Shown: piece after piece, positions 1 to 12,869 of the stretch
Numbering within the stretch: the stretch's first letter is position 1
How the letters are laid out: each line of letters opens with the position of its first letter
Notes under the pieces: model-generated
Databases searched by the model: none
What the model was told of the DNA's origin: nothing
What the model saw: only the letters and a program-made list of their open reading frames with translations
Source: Eledone cirrhosa
Taxonomy: Eukaryota
Direction of reading: 5' to 3'
DNA length: 64,000 nucleotides
Assembly (NCBI GenBank): GCA_964016885.1
Contig: OZ024740.1
Location: forward strand, 379,688,001 to 379,752,000
Position numbers and translations under genes: made by a program

Positions 1-1265
1 TAATCTCTATTTTTATGCATCAAACATTCCAGGCTATCTATTTGTCATTTTATTTAACTCATCTCACACTGTTGTTTATCATTTTTGTATTTATTGTATC
101 TCCCCAGTTTTTATTTTTGCTTTTGTAATAGTATAACAAAAGGTGTTAAACAACTTTTTCTGTAAGTTATCAGATGTAATGCAAGTTCAGTCCCTAGAAA
201 TGCAGGTTCAATCCCTGTGTGTTACTGTGTTTGAGTTTGTTTAGAAATTTATTTCTGTAAGTTTTAAACTACTGACATGTAACACATTTAAACAGATCAA
301 AAGTTTATTGAATTTTGTAGATCTTTTTATTATTATTATTATTGATTTAGTTCGGAGGTAGATGAATTGCCCCTGATCTTCTCAGGCTTTGTAACATTTA
401 TTTAATGTTGATAAAATGACAAGAACTGCGAGGGCTGGTATATGCTATGCTAGTGAAGACCCGGCCAACAGCATACAATGTGACCTGACTTATCTTGTCC
501 CTTCCACTAGCTCTCTCTAGCAGTTATCCTCTCCATAACTATATACTCCTACTTTATCCATGCTCCATCCAGTATCACTCTTTGTCTGCTGCTTCCATTA
601 AAGCCCTTAGATACCCATTTCAGTACTGAATTGGTCTATGTATGCCCATCCAACCCTTGTTTCAAGTTGATTCACTATATTAAGTGTTCATGGTAAAGGC
701 CTAATCTCGGAGTAATCTTGGATTGACGAGATCTTGATGACGATATTTTAGTGTGGCTGTTGTTGGCCGGTTTTGGCCGTTTTGAATGCTAAAGGGTTAC
801 GGTTAAATGATAACCACTTTAAAGTGTGTAGTGGGTGCCTTTTATCATGGCACCAATTCTAAGGAGTGTGCCTTGATCCAAAGCATGTATGACCAAGTGT
901 GAATAAGATGTTGACTTTATCATCATCATCACTGTTTGTGCATATTTTCCAAGCTGTCATGTTATGAGGTTAGACAGATCAACTGACCACGTCTTGCTCA
1001 TACCTTACGTTTTTGGTTTGGTTTACTATGACTAGATGCCATTCCTAATGCCAACCATGTTAGTGTTGTGTCAGAAAAAAATTGTGAAAAGCTTTATAGT
1101 ATTTAATTTTATCCTGCTAGCTTGTAAGTTCAGATACTGCAAAGATTTATTTTGTTTCTACTCTACATTGCATACTTGCTGTAACAATAACTGGCCTTGT
1201 ATCTAATCAAAAGAAATCAATATTACATGAATTCTTCCAATATATGTGTTGCGTGTATTCAACAG

Positions 1266-1352
1266 GTGGCTAACATGTATCGGAACCAAGAACAAGTAAA
1301 GAACACACAGACCAAAAGCAATACTAAAGCAACAGATGATGATTTTTACTGA
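1266..1352 (+). CDS. Candidate terminal coding exon of an unidentified gene (VANMYRNQEQVKNTQTKSNTKATDDDFY*)
   Basis: Acceptor-like ttcaacag|GTG, 28 open codons with an acidic DDDFY end, TGA at 1350-1352, AATAAA at 1435-1440. Non-repetitive composition. No homolog recognised. Confidence 0.4.
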   Translation: MANMYRNQEQVKNTQTKSNTKATDDDFY

Positions 1353-2006
1353 AAAAATGATTGTATGGAAAAAAAATTAATGCTGCAAATTATAAGAAAT
1401 GTTGTTTTGATATTTTAATGTAATTTTTTTCTAAAATAAATTTATATACTACTTTATATTTTAATTCTTGATATTTATCCTTGACTGAGCTGACCCATAT
1501 CAGATAAATATGTCTCGCTCATATATTCCATTTGGGCATGGTTTCTGTGGCTGGATTCCCTTCTTAATACCAGCCACTTCATGGCATGTACTAGTTATGT
1601 TTTATCATGGCACCAGCACTACCACTTATTTCAGATATAGTGTATGAAGAACTACATTAACTAATGTGTCCTTAATTTGAGGAAAATTTGTGGTAGATCT
1701 AATCATCATGTTTTAACATCAGTACATGACCTTTGATTGCCTTCAAGAGTCCTCTCTGTTGCAAGCATTAAGACCCATTCTCTAATTTGGAGATAGAAAG
1801 ATGTTTCTACCTTTATCCTGACCAGTGTTTGAAGTTATGGATGATGGTACTCTCTCTTTTGATTACGCTATGAAATAAATTTCTAGCTAAGTGAAAGACC
1901 ATGTAGACCAGAGGTTCCCATAATGTGTATTGTGATGCTTTAGTGTCACTGATAATGTCTAGATGCCATGAATCTGATTCATTTTTATGAACACTTGGCT
2001 GTGAAG

Positions 2007-2725
2007 TATTGGGTTGGCCAAAATGCCCATACGGTTTTAGTCAACACTGAACTTTAAGCACTCTAATAAGTCTATCCCTTGTCCATGTGAATTTGTTAGA
2101 GGCTTGACACTTCAATGAAGTTAGACACGAACTTGCAATGAGACAAGTTGTATTTTGTGTGCTTGGGATCACCCTGAAAATGGAGAACCAAAGCAAACAT
2201 TATCAACACCTCATGCTTTGCTATTTTAATAAATACAAGGAAGCAGTAGAATCATGCAAGAAGATATCTGCTGTATATGGAGAGGATGCTGGAATATGTG
2301 TGCCAGAAGTGGCTTTCAAAATTCAATCGGGAAACTTTTCAGTTCCAGCCACACCTTGCTCTGGCCAGCCAACTGAGATTAACAGCAACAAAATGAATGA
2401 GTTAGATACCAGCTCCTGTTACACAACTAGGGCAGTCACAAATATTTTCCAAATATCTAAATTGAGTGTTGAAAACCATCTGCATCAACCTGGTTGCCTT
2501 AACAGACATGATCCTACATTAATTGAATGAGGTTAACCTTACCCAACGGATTTCCAACTGTGATTTATTGCAGAAACATGAAAAAAATTGTCCATTTTTT
2601 AAGTGAATAGTGACGGGACACAAAATAGATCGGTCTATAACAATGTGAAGTGCTAACGATCAAAATAACCACATTGAACAACCTTCAAAGCAGGACTTCA
2701 CCTGAAGAAGATTATACTTTCAATT
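2007..2725 (+). mobile_element. Degenerate mariner transposon (left TIR plus N-terminal transposase)
   Basis: TA+TTGGGTTGGCCAAAA TIR-like start. ORF 2138-2530 MENQSKHYQHLMLCYF..CKKISAVYGEDA..SGQP matches the mariner HTH region; downstream frames give IVTG..YNNV and AGLH.KKI remnants with stops. Confidence 0.85.
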
Positions 2726-4109
2726 ATATTTTAGATCTGACGGTTCTGTGTAGAATTGGACATGTGACTGGTGGCACATATGATATTTAATTGTTTTAAT
2801 TAATTTTGCCAATCTTGTGTTGCTAACAAAGCTGAATTAAAGTACATAAAAAAATGTGATCTTTAACCCTTTGTTATCACATTTCTTATGAAATACACTG
2901 GCAATGTGTTTCAAGTAATTTTGAAACTAATTAAATTTCAAGGAATTTAACAAGATAACTAACTTTTTATTATTAAGTTGGTGATTGGAACATTACTTAA
3001 AGGTTCTCAAATAAAATTATATTGAAAGGTTTTAATATAAGTCTGAATACTTTAAAATGGGTAATTTTGTATTATAGAACCTGGGGCAGTTTCAGGTATC
3101 AAATGGGTTAAAATGTTTGTCAATAATGTGAAAACTTTAGAAAATCCTCATATAAATATTCTCTCATTGACTTGAGTTATGAATAAATTTCTTTGTTTTC
3201 TGACTTAACTGTATTTTTCATTATGTATCCATGTTTTAACTTGTTGAATGGGTTTTGCAAATTTTGATATGTCATTTCATTGATTTGAAAGTAGGTTAAT
3301 TCCTATATAGATTTTCTCAGCTATAGAATGGGAATCGGTAAGTTGAGATTGTGCTTTCTCTCGCATTATCTGCATAACTAGCATGGAATCAACTGCTTTT
3401 ACTCCTAAAAGCTTAACTCCATGGTGTAACTATATTCTAAATATGGGAATTCATTATTTAATCTGTCCTATATATTTTAGAGATAGTAGGGCATGATTTG
3501 AGGGAGATTTAACTGCTATTTCTCGCATATCAGGTGACCATATAGAGAGACTTCCATCAAAATTTGATTCAATATTAGTCTTAGCGGTGTTGAATTTTAT
3601 CCTTGATAAATATGTTTAACCCTCAGTGACCTAGTTCAACAAGCTGTATATAAGCCCCATGAAGTAGATAAAACCTGAAGAATGTACATATAATTAAATG
3701 TTTTGTTATCTCATGGTACTGAATTCAAGTCTTACCTTGTGCACAGGAATGACATTCTGGAATTGTCTGGGAACATAGACTGTTTCATCTACCTCAGTTC
3801 TTCCATGCTAAAGAGCTATGTGGATGGTCCCCTCACTAGAAATAGCAGGTAAATCTCCCTCCAATCACACCCTATCATCTTGAATAAAGAAACAGCAGAC
3901 GTGGGGCGAATTTAGTCGATTTAATCTAGCTTGGGACTTCACTGATAAGAAGCCTCAAACTGGTCAATTGACTTGTTCAAATCTCACTCAGTCATCTTAA
4001 ATAAGGAAAGGACACCTTAAACAATGCGATCCTATAAGAAGATGAGTTGGCCATGGCTGAAATGCTATAATCATAAATCTACCAGTGAAAGCTAACATAG
4101 GGTTTAACC

Positions 4110-4390
4110 CTTGTGCATAGCATCAAGGGCAAGTGTCATTTACTGTAGTCCAGGTTGACTCATGCCTTGTGAGTGAAATTGTGTAGACAGAAACTGTTTT
4201 GAAGCCGATGGGATGAACTATATTTGTAATTTAAAAGGTCAGCCTTGCCACACTGAGTCACACCAAATCTTCCTGAATTAAAGGTACATGTACCAGGGGG
4301 ATGTTTAGTCATTTAAACATTAATTTCATGAGCAGGTTGTTCCATTGATCGAACAACTGGAACACTCCTCATCGAAACTAATGGAAGTCT
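4110..4390 (+). mobile_element. Degenerate SINE related to the 15440 copy
   Basis: Shares 'agccttg(c/t)caca..gtcac..aaaggtac..ttaatttca.g.gcagg..gttcc.ttgat' with 15597-15750. Confidence 0.6.
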
Positions 4391-4620
4391 ATTCCAGGTT
4401 TAACTAACAAGAACAATTTGCATTTATTTTAACCATCTTGAATTTAAATTGACCCCAACACATAGTTAATATTTTTAGGTGGAGCTATATTCAATTTTAA
4501 TCTACTCAGGTGCTTGGCTAGTTCTTATTTTAGTAATACTGGAAGTATGTAATGGACATAACTAAATACCAAAGGATATTTTAAAAGCAATAAATTGAAG
4601 ACATTATTTTATTAAGCGCT

Positions 4621-4802
4621 GGATTGGCAGTATCGGTAGAGGGTCGGACGCCATGCTTTCCAGCATAGTTACGTCCCTTTACGATCTGAGTTCAAATCCC
4701 GCCGAGGTTGACTTTGCCTTTCATCCTTACGGGGTCGATAAAATAAAGTACCAGTAATGCACTGGGTAATTGCTGGCCTTGTGCCTAAAGTAGAAACAAT
4801 TA
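4621..4802 (+). mobile_element. tRNA-derived SINE family A (Meta-domain-like core), with 18-bp TSD
   Basis: A-box-like tggcagtatcgg, B-box gagttcaaatcc, core gactttgcctttcatccttacggggtcgataaaataaagtacc. TSD attattttattaagcgct at 4603-4620 and 4799-4816. Confidence 0.92.
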
Positions 4803-5054
4803 TTTTATTAAGCGCTCTGCCAATTTGGAAAATGTATCTAAGGACTCTATCCCCATGACCTTCCCAGGAATAAGTGGGCAAAGAAAAAGAAGAGAAGAAT
4901 CTCTATCATTAAAGTGATTGTGATGTCATCTCTTCACTTGCAATATCTTCATATTCTAGCATAAAGTCAAGTGACTGTTTTTAGTCCTCGGGGTTTAACT
5001 ACGAAGTGAAATAACATGTTATTTCCAAGAATACCTAGTATTTGATGCTGTGAT

Positions 5055-5390
5055 GGTACTACTACTACAAGTACTATTGCTACTACTACAAGTATTACTG
5101 CTACTAGTACAAGTACTGCTGCTACTACTACAAGTACTGCTACTACTACTACTACTACTATTACTACTACTGTTGCTGCTGCTACTACTACTACTACTAC
5201 TACTACAGCTGCTACTACTACTCCTGTTGCTGCTACTACTACTACTACAGCTGCTACTACTACTCCTGTTGCTACTACTACTACTACTACTGTTGCTGCT
5301 ACTACTACTACTAAACGATGATGAGGATGATGACAGCTGCTACTACTACTCCTGTTGCTGCTGCTACTACTACTACTACTACTACTAATA
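5055..5390. repeat. (CTA/CTG)n microsatellite
   Basis: Direct reading; explains the poly-Leu ORF. Confidence 0.95.
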
Positions 5391-5930
5391 ATAATGGTTT
5401 CTTATATAGGCACAAGGCCAGCAATTTTGGGGGATGGGAAAGTCGATTAAATCGGCCCAGTGTGTGACTGGTACTTTATTTTATCGATCCCGTAAGGATG
5501 AAAGGCAAAGTTAACCTCGGCGGTATTTGAACTCAGATCATAAAGGGCCGTAACTCTATGCTGCAAAGCATGGCGTCTGACGTTTGCTACTACTAATAAT
5601 TGTTTCTACTTTTGGCACAAGGCCAGCAATTACCCAGTGCATTACTGGTACTTTATTTTATCGACCCCGTAAGGATGAAAGGCAAAGTTTAACATCGGCG
5701 AGATTTGAACTCAGATCATACAGGGAGGTAACTCTATGCTTCAAAGCATGGCGTCCGACACTCTACCGATACTGGTGATGAGGGTTTTTAACCTAGGCAC
5801 AAGGCCACATATTTTAGGGGAGGCATGAGGTCAAGTTAATTGACACCAGTACCTCATTGATATTTTATCGATGCTGGAAGAATGAAAGCAAAAGTGGCAT
5901 TTGAACTCAGGAATCTAAGGACGCAACTAA
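5388..5930 (-). mobile_element. Three tandem SINE A copies (about 5388-5583, 5597-5774, decayed 5785-5930)
   Basis: Reverse complement of the SINE A core repeated three times. Confidence 0.88.
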
Positions 5931-7552
5931 GCTTTGCACATTTGTACACAACATATCTTATTGATGAAAGAACCCTTAACTTTTGATTGAGTTGTAGAGA
6001 ATTACAATGCACGTATCAGTGGTCGTGTAAAGTTAAAACAAAGGCCATATAGAAAGAATAAAAACGTAGAAGTGGTGAGAAATGAAAACTGCCGAGTTTC
6101 TCGATGAAATCTGTTTGAGGTGAGTTATTGGTTCACCAACGCTGTATGTTGATAGTCTCCAAGAAATATAATCTGAATCATTTCTGTGACCTCTGTTAGC
6201 CTGCCAAAACGCGCAATCCAAATAATCTGACACTCTAGAATTAAGGGTGTCGGAAAGTAGGTGGTCTACATGTAATAATCATTTCTAATACAGACTCATT
6301 ACCCTAATTTTCTGGGTGGAGGAGAAGGTAGCGTTGACTAAATCAACCACAATACTTCGTTCTTATTCTATCGATCCCAGAACGATACGAGTTAATGACG
6401 ACATTGGCAGTATTTGAAATCAGAACATAATGGGTTGTAACTAAATACCTCTTGCTAATTTGTCGCTCTAGCTATTCAGCTAAACACCATCGATTATTCT
6501 TCTCAGTAATTTAGGCACAAAGCTAGCAGTATCAGAGGAAGGGGTTTGTCGATTCAATCGACTTCAGAGGGAATAAATAGTCGAAAAAGGTTGTTCATCG
6601 GCTGTTCACTGGCCAGAGTGACGACGTAGGTTAAGTTGGTGTAAGACACATTCTTTTTACAAATTTTCCTATTACCACTCTCTGCTTCATTACCCTGGCC
6701 ACTGCCCTTCTTGTGAGCACCTTTTCGTCAGTTTAGTCACTTCCATCTTTACTCCTTGTTTTACTTCTCGATGCCGTCAGTTATTTAACTTTGAAACATT
6801 GCTTGTCTGCGCATTCATCAAAACTGTTATATAATAATTGTTTCTTGTTTAAATACAACTTCAGGCATTTGTGGGAAGAAGGGAATCTATAATACTGACC
6901 CTAGTACTTGATTGTTACTTCATTTTATCAATCCAGGAAGGGTGAAAGGTGAAGTTGATCCCAGCGGAATTCCATCTTAAAAGGTAAAGGATCTTAACTA
7001 AATACTGTAAGGCATTGTGACTGATATAATAACTAGCTGATCCCCCTGAAAATTCCTCAGTTAAATTTGAAACAAGCACTATGTATTAAAGATCAATATG
7101 GGATTTTAAGTGTTTCGTTTATAAATAATTATTTCTAGCATTGACTGAAAGCCATCAATTTAGGGAAAGAGGAAAGCCGATTATATCGACTCTAGTACCA
7201 ACCCAAATACCACAAATTATTTTGTCCGACGCTCTACCGACACAGCCAGTCCGCCGCCTTGTGTTTTGTTTCTAAATAATACATACAGTACTTAATTACA
7301 TCTATATTGAATACATTTAACAAATGACTGAAACTCCCAAAATAGACTATTTTACTCAATTATAATTTGAGGATAACAATAATTTTCGTACAGTGTAGGT
7401 TTAAAAAAAAAAAAATTCGACGCCATTCCCCCCCACCACCGTTCACTCTTTCCCTTTCTCGCACATACACTCTTACCGCACCCTTTCCAGACCGCAACTG
7501 AAGTTTTAAAAAGTAATTCGTATTTATCATATAAATAAAATTTTTTACAGTA

Positions 7553-7910
7553 ATAATTGTTTCTACTTTTTGGCAGAAGGCCAGCAATTAGCCAATGGAT
7601 TACTGGTACTTTATTTTATCGACCCCGTAAGGATGAAAGGCAAAGTTAACCTCGGCGGGATTTGAACTCAGATCATACAGGGAGGTAACTCTATACTTCA
7701 AAGCATGGAGTCCGACTCTCTACCGTAATAACTGTTTCTACTTTTGGCACAAGGCCAGCAATTACCCAGTGCATTACTGGTACTTTATTTTATCGACCCC
7801 CGTAAGGATGAAAGGCAAAGTTAACCTCGGCGGGATTTGAACTCAGAATGGGAAGATCCGTAACTCTATGCGTCAAAGCATGGCGTCCGACGCTCTACCG
7901 ATACTGCCAA
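7553..7910 (-). mobile_element. Two tandem SINE A copies
   Basis: Reverse-complement core at about 7553-7725 and 7727-7910. Confidence 0.9.
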
Positions 7911-8069
7911 TGACAACTATAATAACGGCAATAATAAAAGAAAAGGAAACAAAAGGAAAAAAGAATAGGGAAATATAGAGAAAAAAGAGAAAAAGAAAGA
8001 AAAAAGAACGGAAGGAGAGGGGATGGCAAGAGTTCTGGTGTCGCAGAAGAGAGGAGGAGGGTGATTGGG

Positions 8070-8190
8070 CTTTGGGTGTAGGGCAAGGGGGATGAAGTGC
8101 TGCGCCCCGCGGACAAGACTGCAAAAACATTCCCGCGAACGATGGCCAGTGGCACCCGCTGCAACAGCCACCCAACCTCACAGGGCACAT
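8070..8190. repeat. GC-rich dispersed repeat (second copy about 20720-20830)
   Basis: gtggcacccgctgcaacagccacccaacctcacagggc versus gtggcatccgctgcatcagccactccactacatagggc. Confidence 0.6.
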
Positions 8191-8933
8191 TAGTTCTATC
8201 TTTCTGTCTCTCACACACACTCTTACCATCCCATTTCCACTGTATGGCCGACAATTTACACTACACACAATCTTATTAGCAGTTTAATATAATAGATGAT
8301 TTCTTAAATGAGGACAGAGCAGGATATACTGTACATTACCCTATGTACTATACATACACTTTTTGATGAGTTGTAGTGCACCTGAGCACTGTACACAATA
8401 TTTCATTATTATAATTATATATATATACTTATATATATATATATATATAAGATAGCTAATTGAATAATTAATATATTTAATCAGTAATGTTGACGGCATT
8501 GTCATCCATCAGTTTGTGATTAGTGGTGTAGTGTGAGGCTTCGAAAGAGGAAGGTATAGAGATACATACAGACACAACTACGCGGTCACGTGAACCTTGA
8601 CATAAATATGTAATTATTGTGGTAATAGAATATCCAAGCAGAATCACGAGAATAAAATAGAAACTTATTAATAATAAGAGAACAACGAACAAGTGTCTAG
8701 TGTCTACAATTACATTGCGAGGAAAAAAGATGAATTCAATGTTTCGGACCGTGGACCTTCAACAAGCAAGAGGAAAGAGGAAAAGACGAAGGTTTTCGTG
8801 AAAAGCAGTGTTGATTTCAGGGAGTAGCACAATGAACAACAACAGAATTCTATAGAATAGCATTTTGCTGTTCAATACTGTTGTATTCGCTTCTAAGTAA
8901 AGTCTATCATCAAGTGAACTTTTTCTCACCAAA

Positions 8934-9120
8934 ATAATTGTTTCTACTTTTGGCACAAGGCCAGCAATTAACCCAGTGCATTACTGGTACTTTATTTCAT
9001 CGACCCCGTAAGGATGAAAGGCAAAGTTAACCTCCGCGCGATTTGAACTCAGATCATAAAGGGCTGTAACTCTATGCTGCAAAGCAGGGCGTCCAAACCT
9101 CTACTGATACTGCTAATCCA
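8934..9120 (-). mobile_element. SINE A
   Basis: Full reverse-complement match to the family. Confidence 0.9.
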
Positions 9121-10319
9121 TGCCGGATATGATTGAACTTTTGATACCAAACCACATGAAACCGTCCCTGGTACTATGGTACAAAGCTATTTATTTCAAA
9201 ATGTTTTTATTTATTTAAAAAACCCCCAGCAACTTTCCATTATAATTTTATGTATCTTAGTTGAGGTACACACCAGTCATTTGTTTAATACCGATTACTA
9301 TCCCCCACTAAAAAAATTTCTTAGTCATTTTCAAATTATTTGAAAATGATAGGCAATGTGTTTCACTAGAAATATGGTAATGACAGTGTTAAAATAATAG
9401 CATATATCAGATGACAAATGTCAGTGATACTGCTCTCCCGGGAAATATGTTGCGACATATATTAGAGAGAGCGGGTGAGGAAGGAGGAGAAGGACAGATA
9501 GAAAGAGCATCTGTTGTTAAAAGCGATCGTTTTATAGTTTTATTGCAAAAAGTATCAAGTGATGTTTGTGAGGGTGCTTGGTTGTTTCTGCGCCTCAGCC
9601 ACGCTATCACTCGTGGTAATGTCTTGGGGGCTTACCACAAAGATTTTTAGAAGGCAATGCCAGCATTCTTTGAACGTAACTGAAGGAGTATATATGTCTT
9701 TTCTTTTATACTTTCTTTTTTTTTTGTACTTTCAGGCTCGTTTTTATTGCTATCGTCCATTTATCGAAATATAAACAGCTAACAAGATAAAGATATAGCA
9801 TTGAAACTATTTCTTTTAAAAAAGCATACATATGTTTTGTTTATTTGTGTGTGTGTGTGTGTGTGTGTGCGTGTGTGTGTGTGTGTGTGCGTGTGTATGT
9901 GTATTGGAATGTGTGTTTGTAGTGTGTAATAAGTATAATACAGATAAAGGCTTGTTTGTTTTATCAGCTGCCTCGAAGGACGTATGTGAAGGCGATAGAC
10001 ATTGAAGGTAACAAACAATAAATATAATAACTTTCAGCAGTGGCGAAGAATATAGGTTATTTGGGAAGGGGTGTCGAAATCGGTTTTAAGTAGATGTAAA
10101 TTGTTAGGCGGCCAAAAAGAGGAGGAGAGAAAAATGCATTCTACGCAGTTTCATACCATTCTCTTGCCGAACACGTAAAGCTCTGGTATCAAAACATCAT
10201 CTTTTTCATCTGATAATTGCTACAACGGAATCAACTGAATGGACTTTTATTTCTGAACAGGTGTTAAACCTTTAATATTTAAATTAGACAATTTTAGGTA
10301 AACGTTTGTTTACTGACAA

Positions 10320-10750
10320 ACAATTCGGTGTTCATGCATCCTACCCTGACGAATCTTGGGTAATGACCAAATGAATAGGATCGTGAATACAACGGCCGAA
10401 ATAGTTTCACCGAAGGGCCTTTAGAGTAGCGTTACTTGATAAAGTGCATAGCTCGGAGATCAGAGAGTCGCTCCAAGTAGAACCTCTACTTTTCCGAATT
10501 GAGAGATCACAGTTCTGATACTAAGAACATACGGTTTGAATGTCGAAGGACATTATCGCCGGACAGATTTTATGAGCAAAGCTAACAGAAGACAGGGTAG
10601 ACTCCGAGCAAGATGGTTGGATAACATCCATAAACTCGGTTGGTCTTGTTTGCGGATCCAGCCGGATCAATTAGAAGCGGTTGCTTTTGATAGGACTCTT
10701 TGGAAGGTGTGTCTGAGAATTCTTCCCCCATTACCCTCCCAGGAGGGTAA
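10320..10750 (+). mobile_element. Decayed RTE (Expander/Rex3-like) 3' fragment
   Basis: RRQGRLRARWLDNIHKLGWS..IQP..LE.V..DR; homologous to 52600-53135. Confidence 0.85.
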
Positions 10751-11074
10751 TTTCAGGTAAAAATTTACCTACTGAAAGAATATTTAGGAAATCCATATTT
10801 ACAGTTTCCGACTTAGGAACAAGGTCATATTTGGTGGGAGGATTAGTACTGGACTAGTTCTTATTTCTCGACAGTGAAAGTATGAATGGTAAACCCCAGA
10901 ATATAACAATATTTTGTCTGACGTTCTTCCTGATTCTGCCAATCTATAATACCACCGTGGGAAAATGAATAGTATAAGATATGATAATTCAATCAGTGAT
11001 GGAAACGAGCTGTACATTAAGGTCCCCGTGGCTGATGTTACAAAAGAGTGCGGTAGACAATATAAGCCGCCACC

Positions 11075-11330
11075 ATCCTATGGGTTCGATTACTGGGGTG
11101 GATTGTATGTTGTGTTCTTGAGCAAAACACTTCATTTCATATTGCTCCAGTTTTCTCAGCTGAAAATGAGTGCCAGCAACAACTGGCGGAGGTGGGTGGG
11201 GTGTTAAATCTGGGATGGACTGGCGTCATATCCAGGGGGTAGCCTTGTACTCTCAGTCACTTCACGCTACGGAAACCGGGATAAGTACAGGCTTGATGAG
11301 CCTCCGGGCTCGAGACAGACTTTAACTTTA
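11075..11330 (+). mobile_element. SINE with V-domain-like core and LINE-like 3' stem-loop
   Basis: B-box gggttcgatt, tgtgttcttgagcaaaacactt, gatggactggcgtc..tccaggggg..cttcacgctacggaaaccggg; related minus-strand copy at about 56730-57003. Confidence 0.7.
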
Positions 11331-11709
11331 ACCACCTTATGGGAAACTGATCGCCGTCCATCTGCTTAATCCTCCAATATTCAACAGAAGAGACTGTTCG
11401 CATATCACGTGGAGAAATGTATGTCTCGGAAAGAGTACATTATCAGACAAGAATGAAAGGAAGATAATGGATGTTTTGGTGGTTACTTCTGCTATCAATT
11501 GAGAAAGATAAAGGTTACTGCTTCATTATACACTTCAAGACAACCAAACAATCAGCCTGTCATCCTTCCCTGATCAAGTGTTTCAACCAAAACGCTATAT
11601 ACCTCTTTTTTCCATACATTTTGCTTGATATATTGGTGCCTCTTTCAATTAACTAATAAAAGTTATTTTGTTGTTTGCCAGAATGTTCTTTTGTTGTTTG
11701 CCATATTAT

Positions 11710-11850
11710 AGGCAAAGTTAACCTCGGCGGGATTTGAACCCTTGCCATCTGAGTTCAAATCCCGTCGAGGTTAACCTTGTCTTTCATCCTTACGGGGTCA
11801 ATAAAATAAAGTTAATTGCTAGCCTTGTGCCAAAAGTAGAAACGATTATT
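11710..11850. mobile_element. SINE A fragments in head-to-head (inverted) arrangement
   Basis: ggcaaagttaacctcggcgggatttgaac followed by gttcaaatcccgtcgaggttaaccttgtc. Confidence 0.8.
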
Positions 11851-11975
11851 TATGTTCATACACGGAACAAAAGCGCTACCATAGCTAGATTATAAAAGGG
11901 ATCAAATTTGTGACGTAGTCTTCAGGCACTTACACATATGCCCCACCCCATAATTATATATATATATATATATAT

Positions 11976-12538
11976 ATTGTTATACTTGGGGAGGGTCATA
12001 TTGTTGTAATAATATTGCCAGAAATAATAACAGAACACACTCACTCTTTGGTTGGTTTTCGCTTCTGCATCTTTTGTATATTTATAGTTAATTTATTTGG
12101 CAATCAATGTTTATCATTGATTGACCAACGGTTAAAAATACAAATATAAATATATATAGTCTATCAAAGTTCTTTCGTTGCACATCTGCAGCATCATCAG
12201 TGGTACTATTATTTTTCCTCCCATTGTATTGTATTGTACTGTAATGTCTACGCCATGGCATAGACATTACAGTACAATACAATAGGAGAAAACATAATAG
12301 TACCACTGATGATGCTGCAGATGTGCAACGAAAGAACTTTGATAGACTATATATATATATATATTTATATCTGTATTTTTAACCGCTGGTCAATCAATCA
12401 TAAACATTGTTTGCCAAATAAATTAACTATGGAGATATAAAAGATGCAAAAGCGAAAACCAACCAAAGAGTGAGTGTGTTCTGTTATTATTTCTGGCAAT
12501 ATTATTACAACAATATGACCCTCCCCAAGTATAACAAT
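11976..12538. repeat. About 560-bp spacerless imperfect palindrome between (TA)n tracts, carrying a decayed hammerhead motif in each arm
   Basis: Centre gccatggc 12252-12259; the arms read as reverse complements with scattered mismatches. CTGATGA(12306)-tgctgcagatgtgcaac-GAAA. Confidence 0.92.
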
Positions 12539-12801
12539 TTTTGTTTCGTCACACGATTTCATATAAAAAACCTTGCAAAACATATATATATATATATATT
12601 TTTCAATCATATCTTATTTTTTATTTGGCTCTGGTGGTTAATGGCTTCTTAACCATCGTCTCAGTTTGTATGACCTTTTTAACTTATGTTTATAGCTCTG
12701 GTATCTTCTTCATATCCATGGAGCGCTTCTCTACACATTTCGGAAGTTGCGTTTCGCTAATTTCTACCCGCCGAAATGCGATTCTCGCTAAATTTAAATA
12801 A

Positions 12802-12869
<68 letters not shown>

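Noticed and set aside
345-490. Possible intronic snoRNA (hairpin ending ACAatg; CTGA at about 486)
   Set aside because: Boxes are imperfect and no rRNA target could be identified by eye; needs an Infernal/snoRNA scan.
4621-4705. tRNA gene-like A/B boxes
   Set aside because: SINE heads; no complete cloverleaf, and they continue into the SINE core.
5050-5388. Poly-Leu ORF (also poly-Ser 62257, poly-Arg/Lys 53090, poly-ER 18701)
   Set aside because: Microsatellite read-through.
11290-11322. cttgatgagcctccgggctcgaga as a hammerhead
   Set aside because: No GAAA/stem III/stem I; it is the 3' stem-loop of the SINE.
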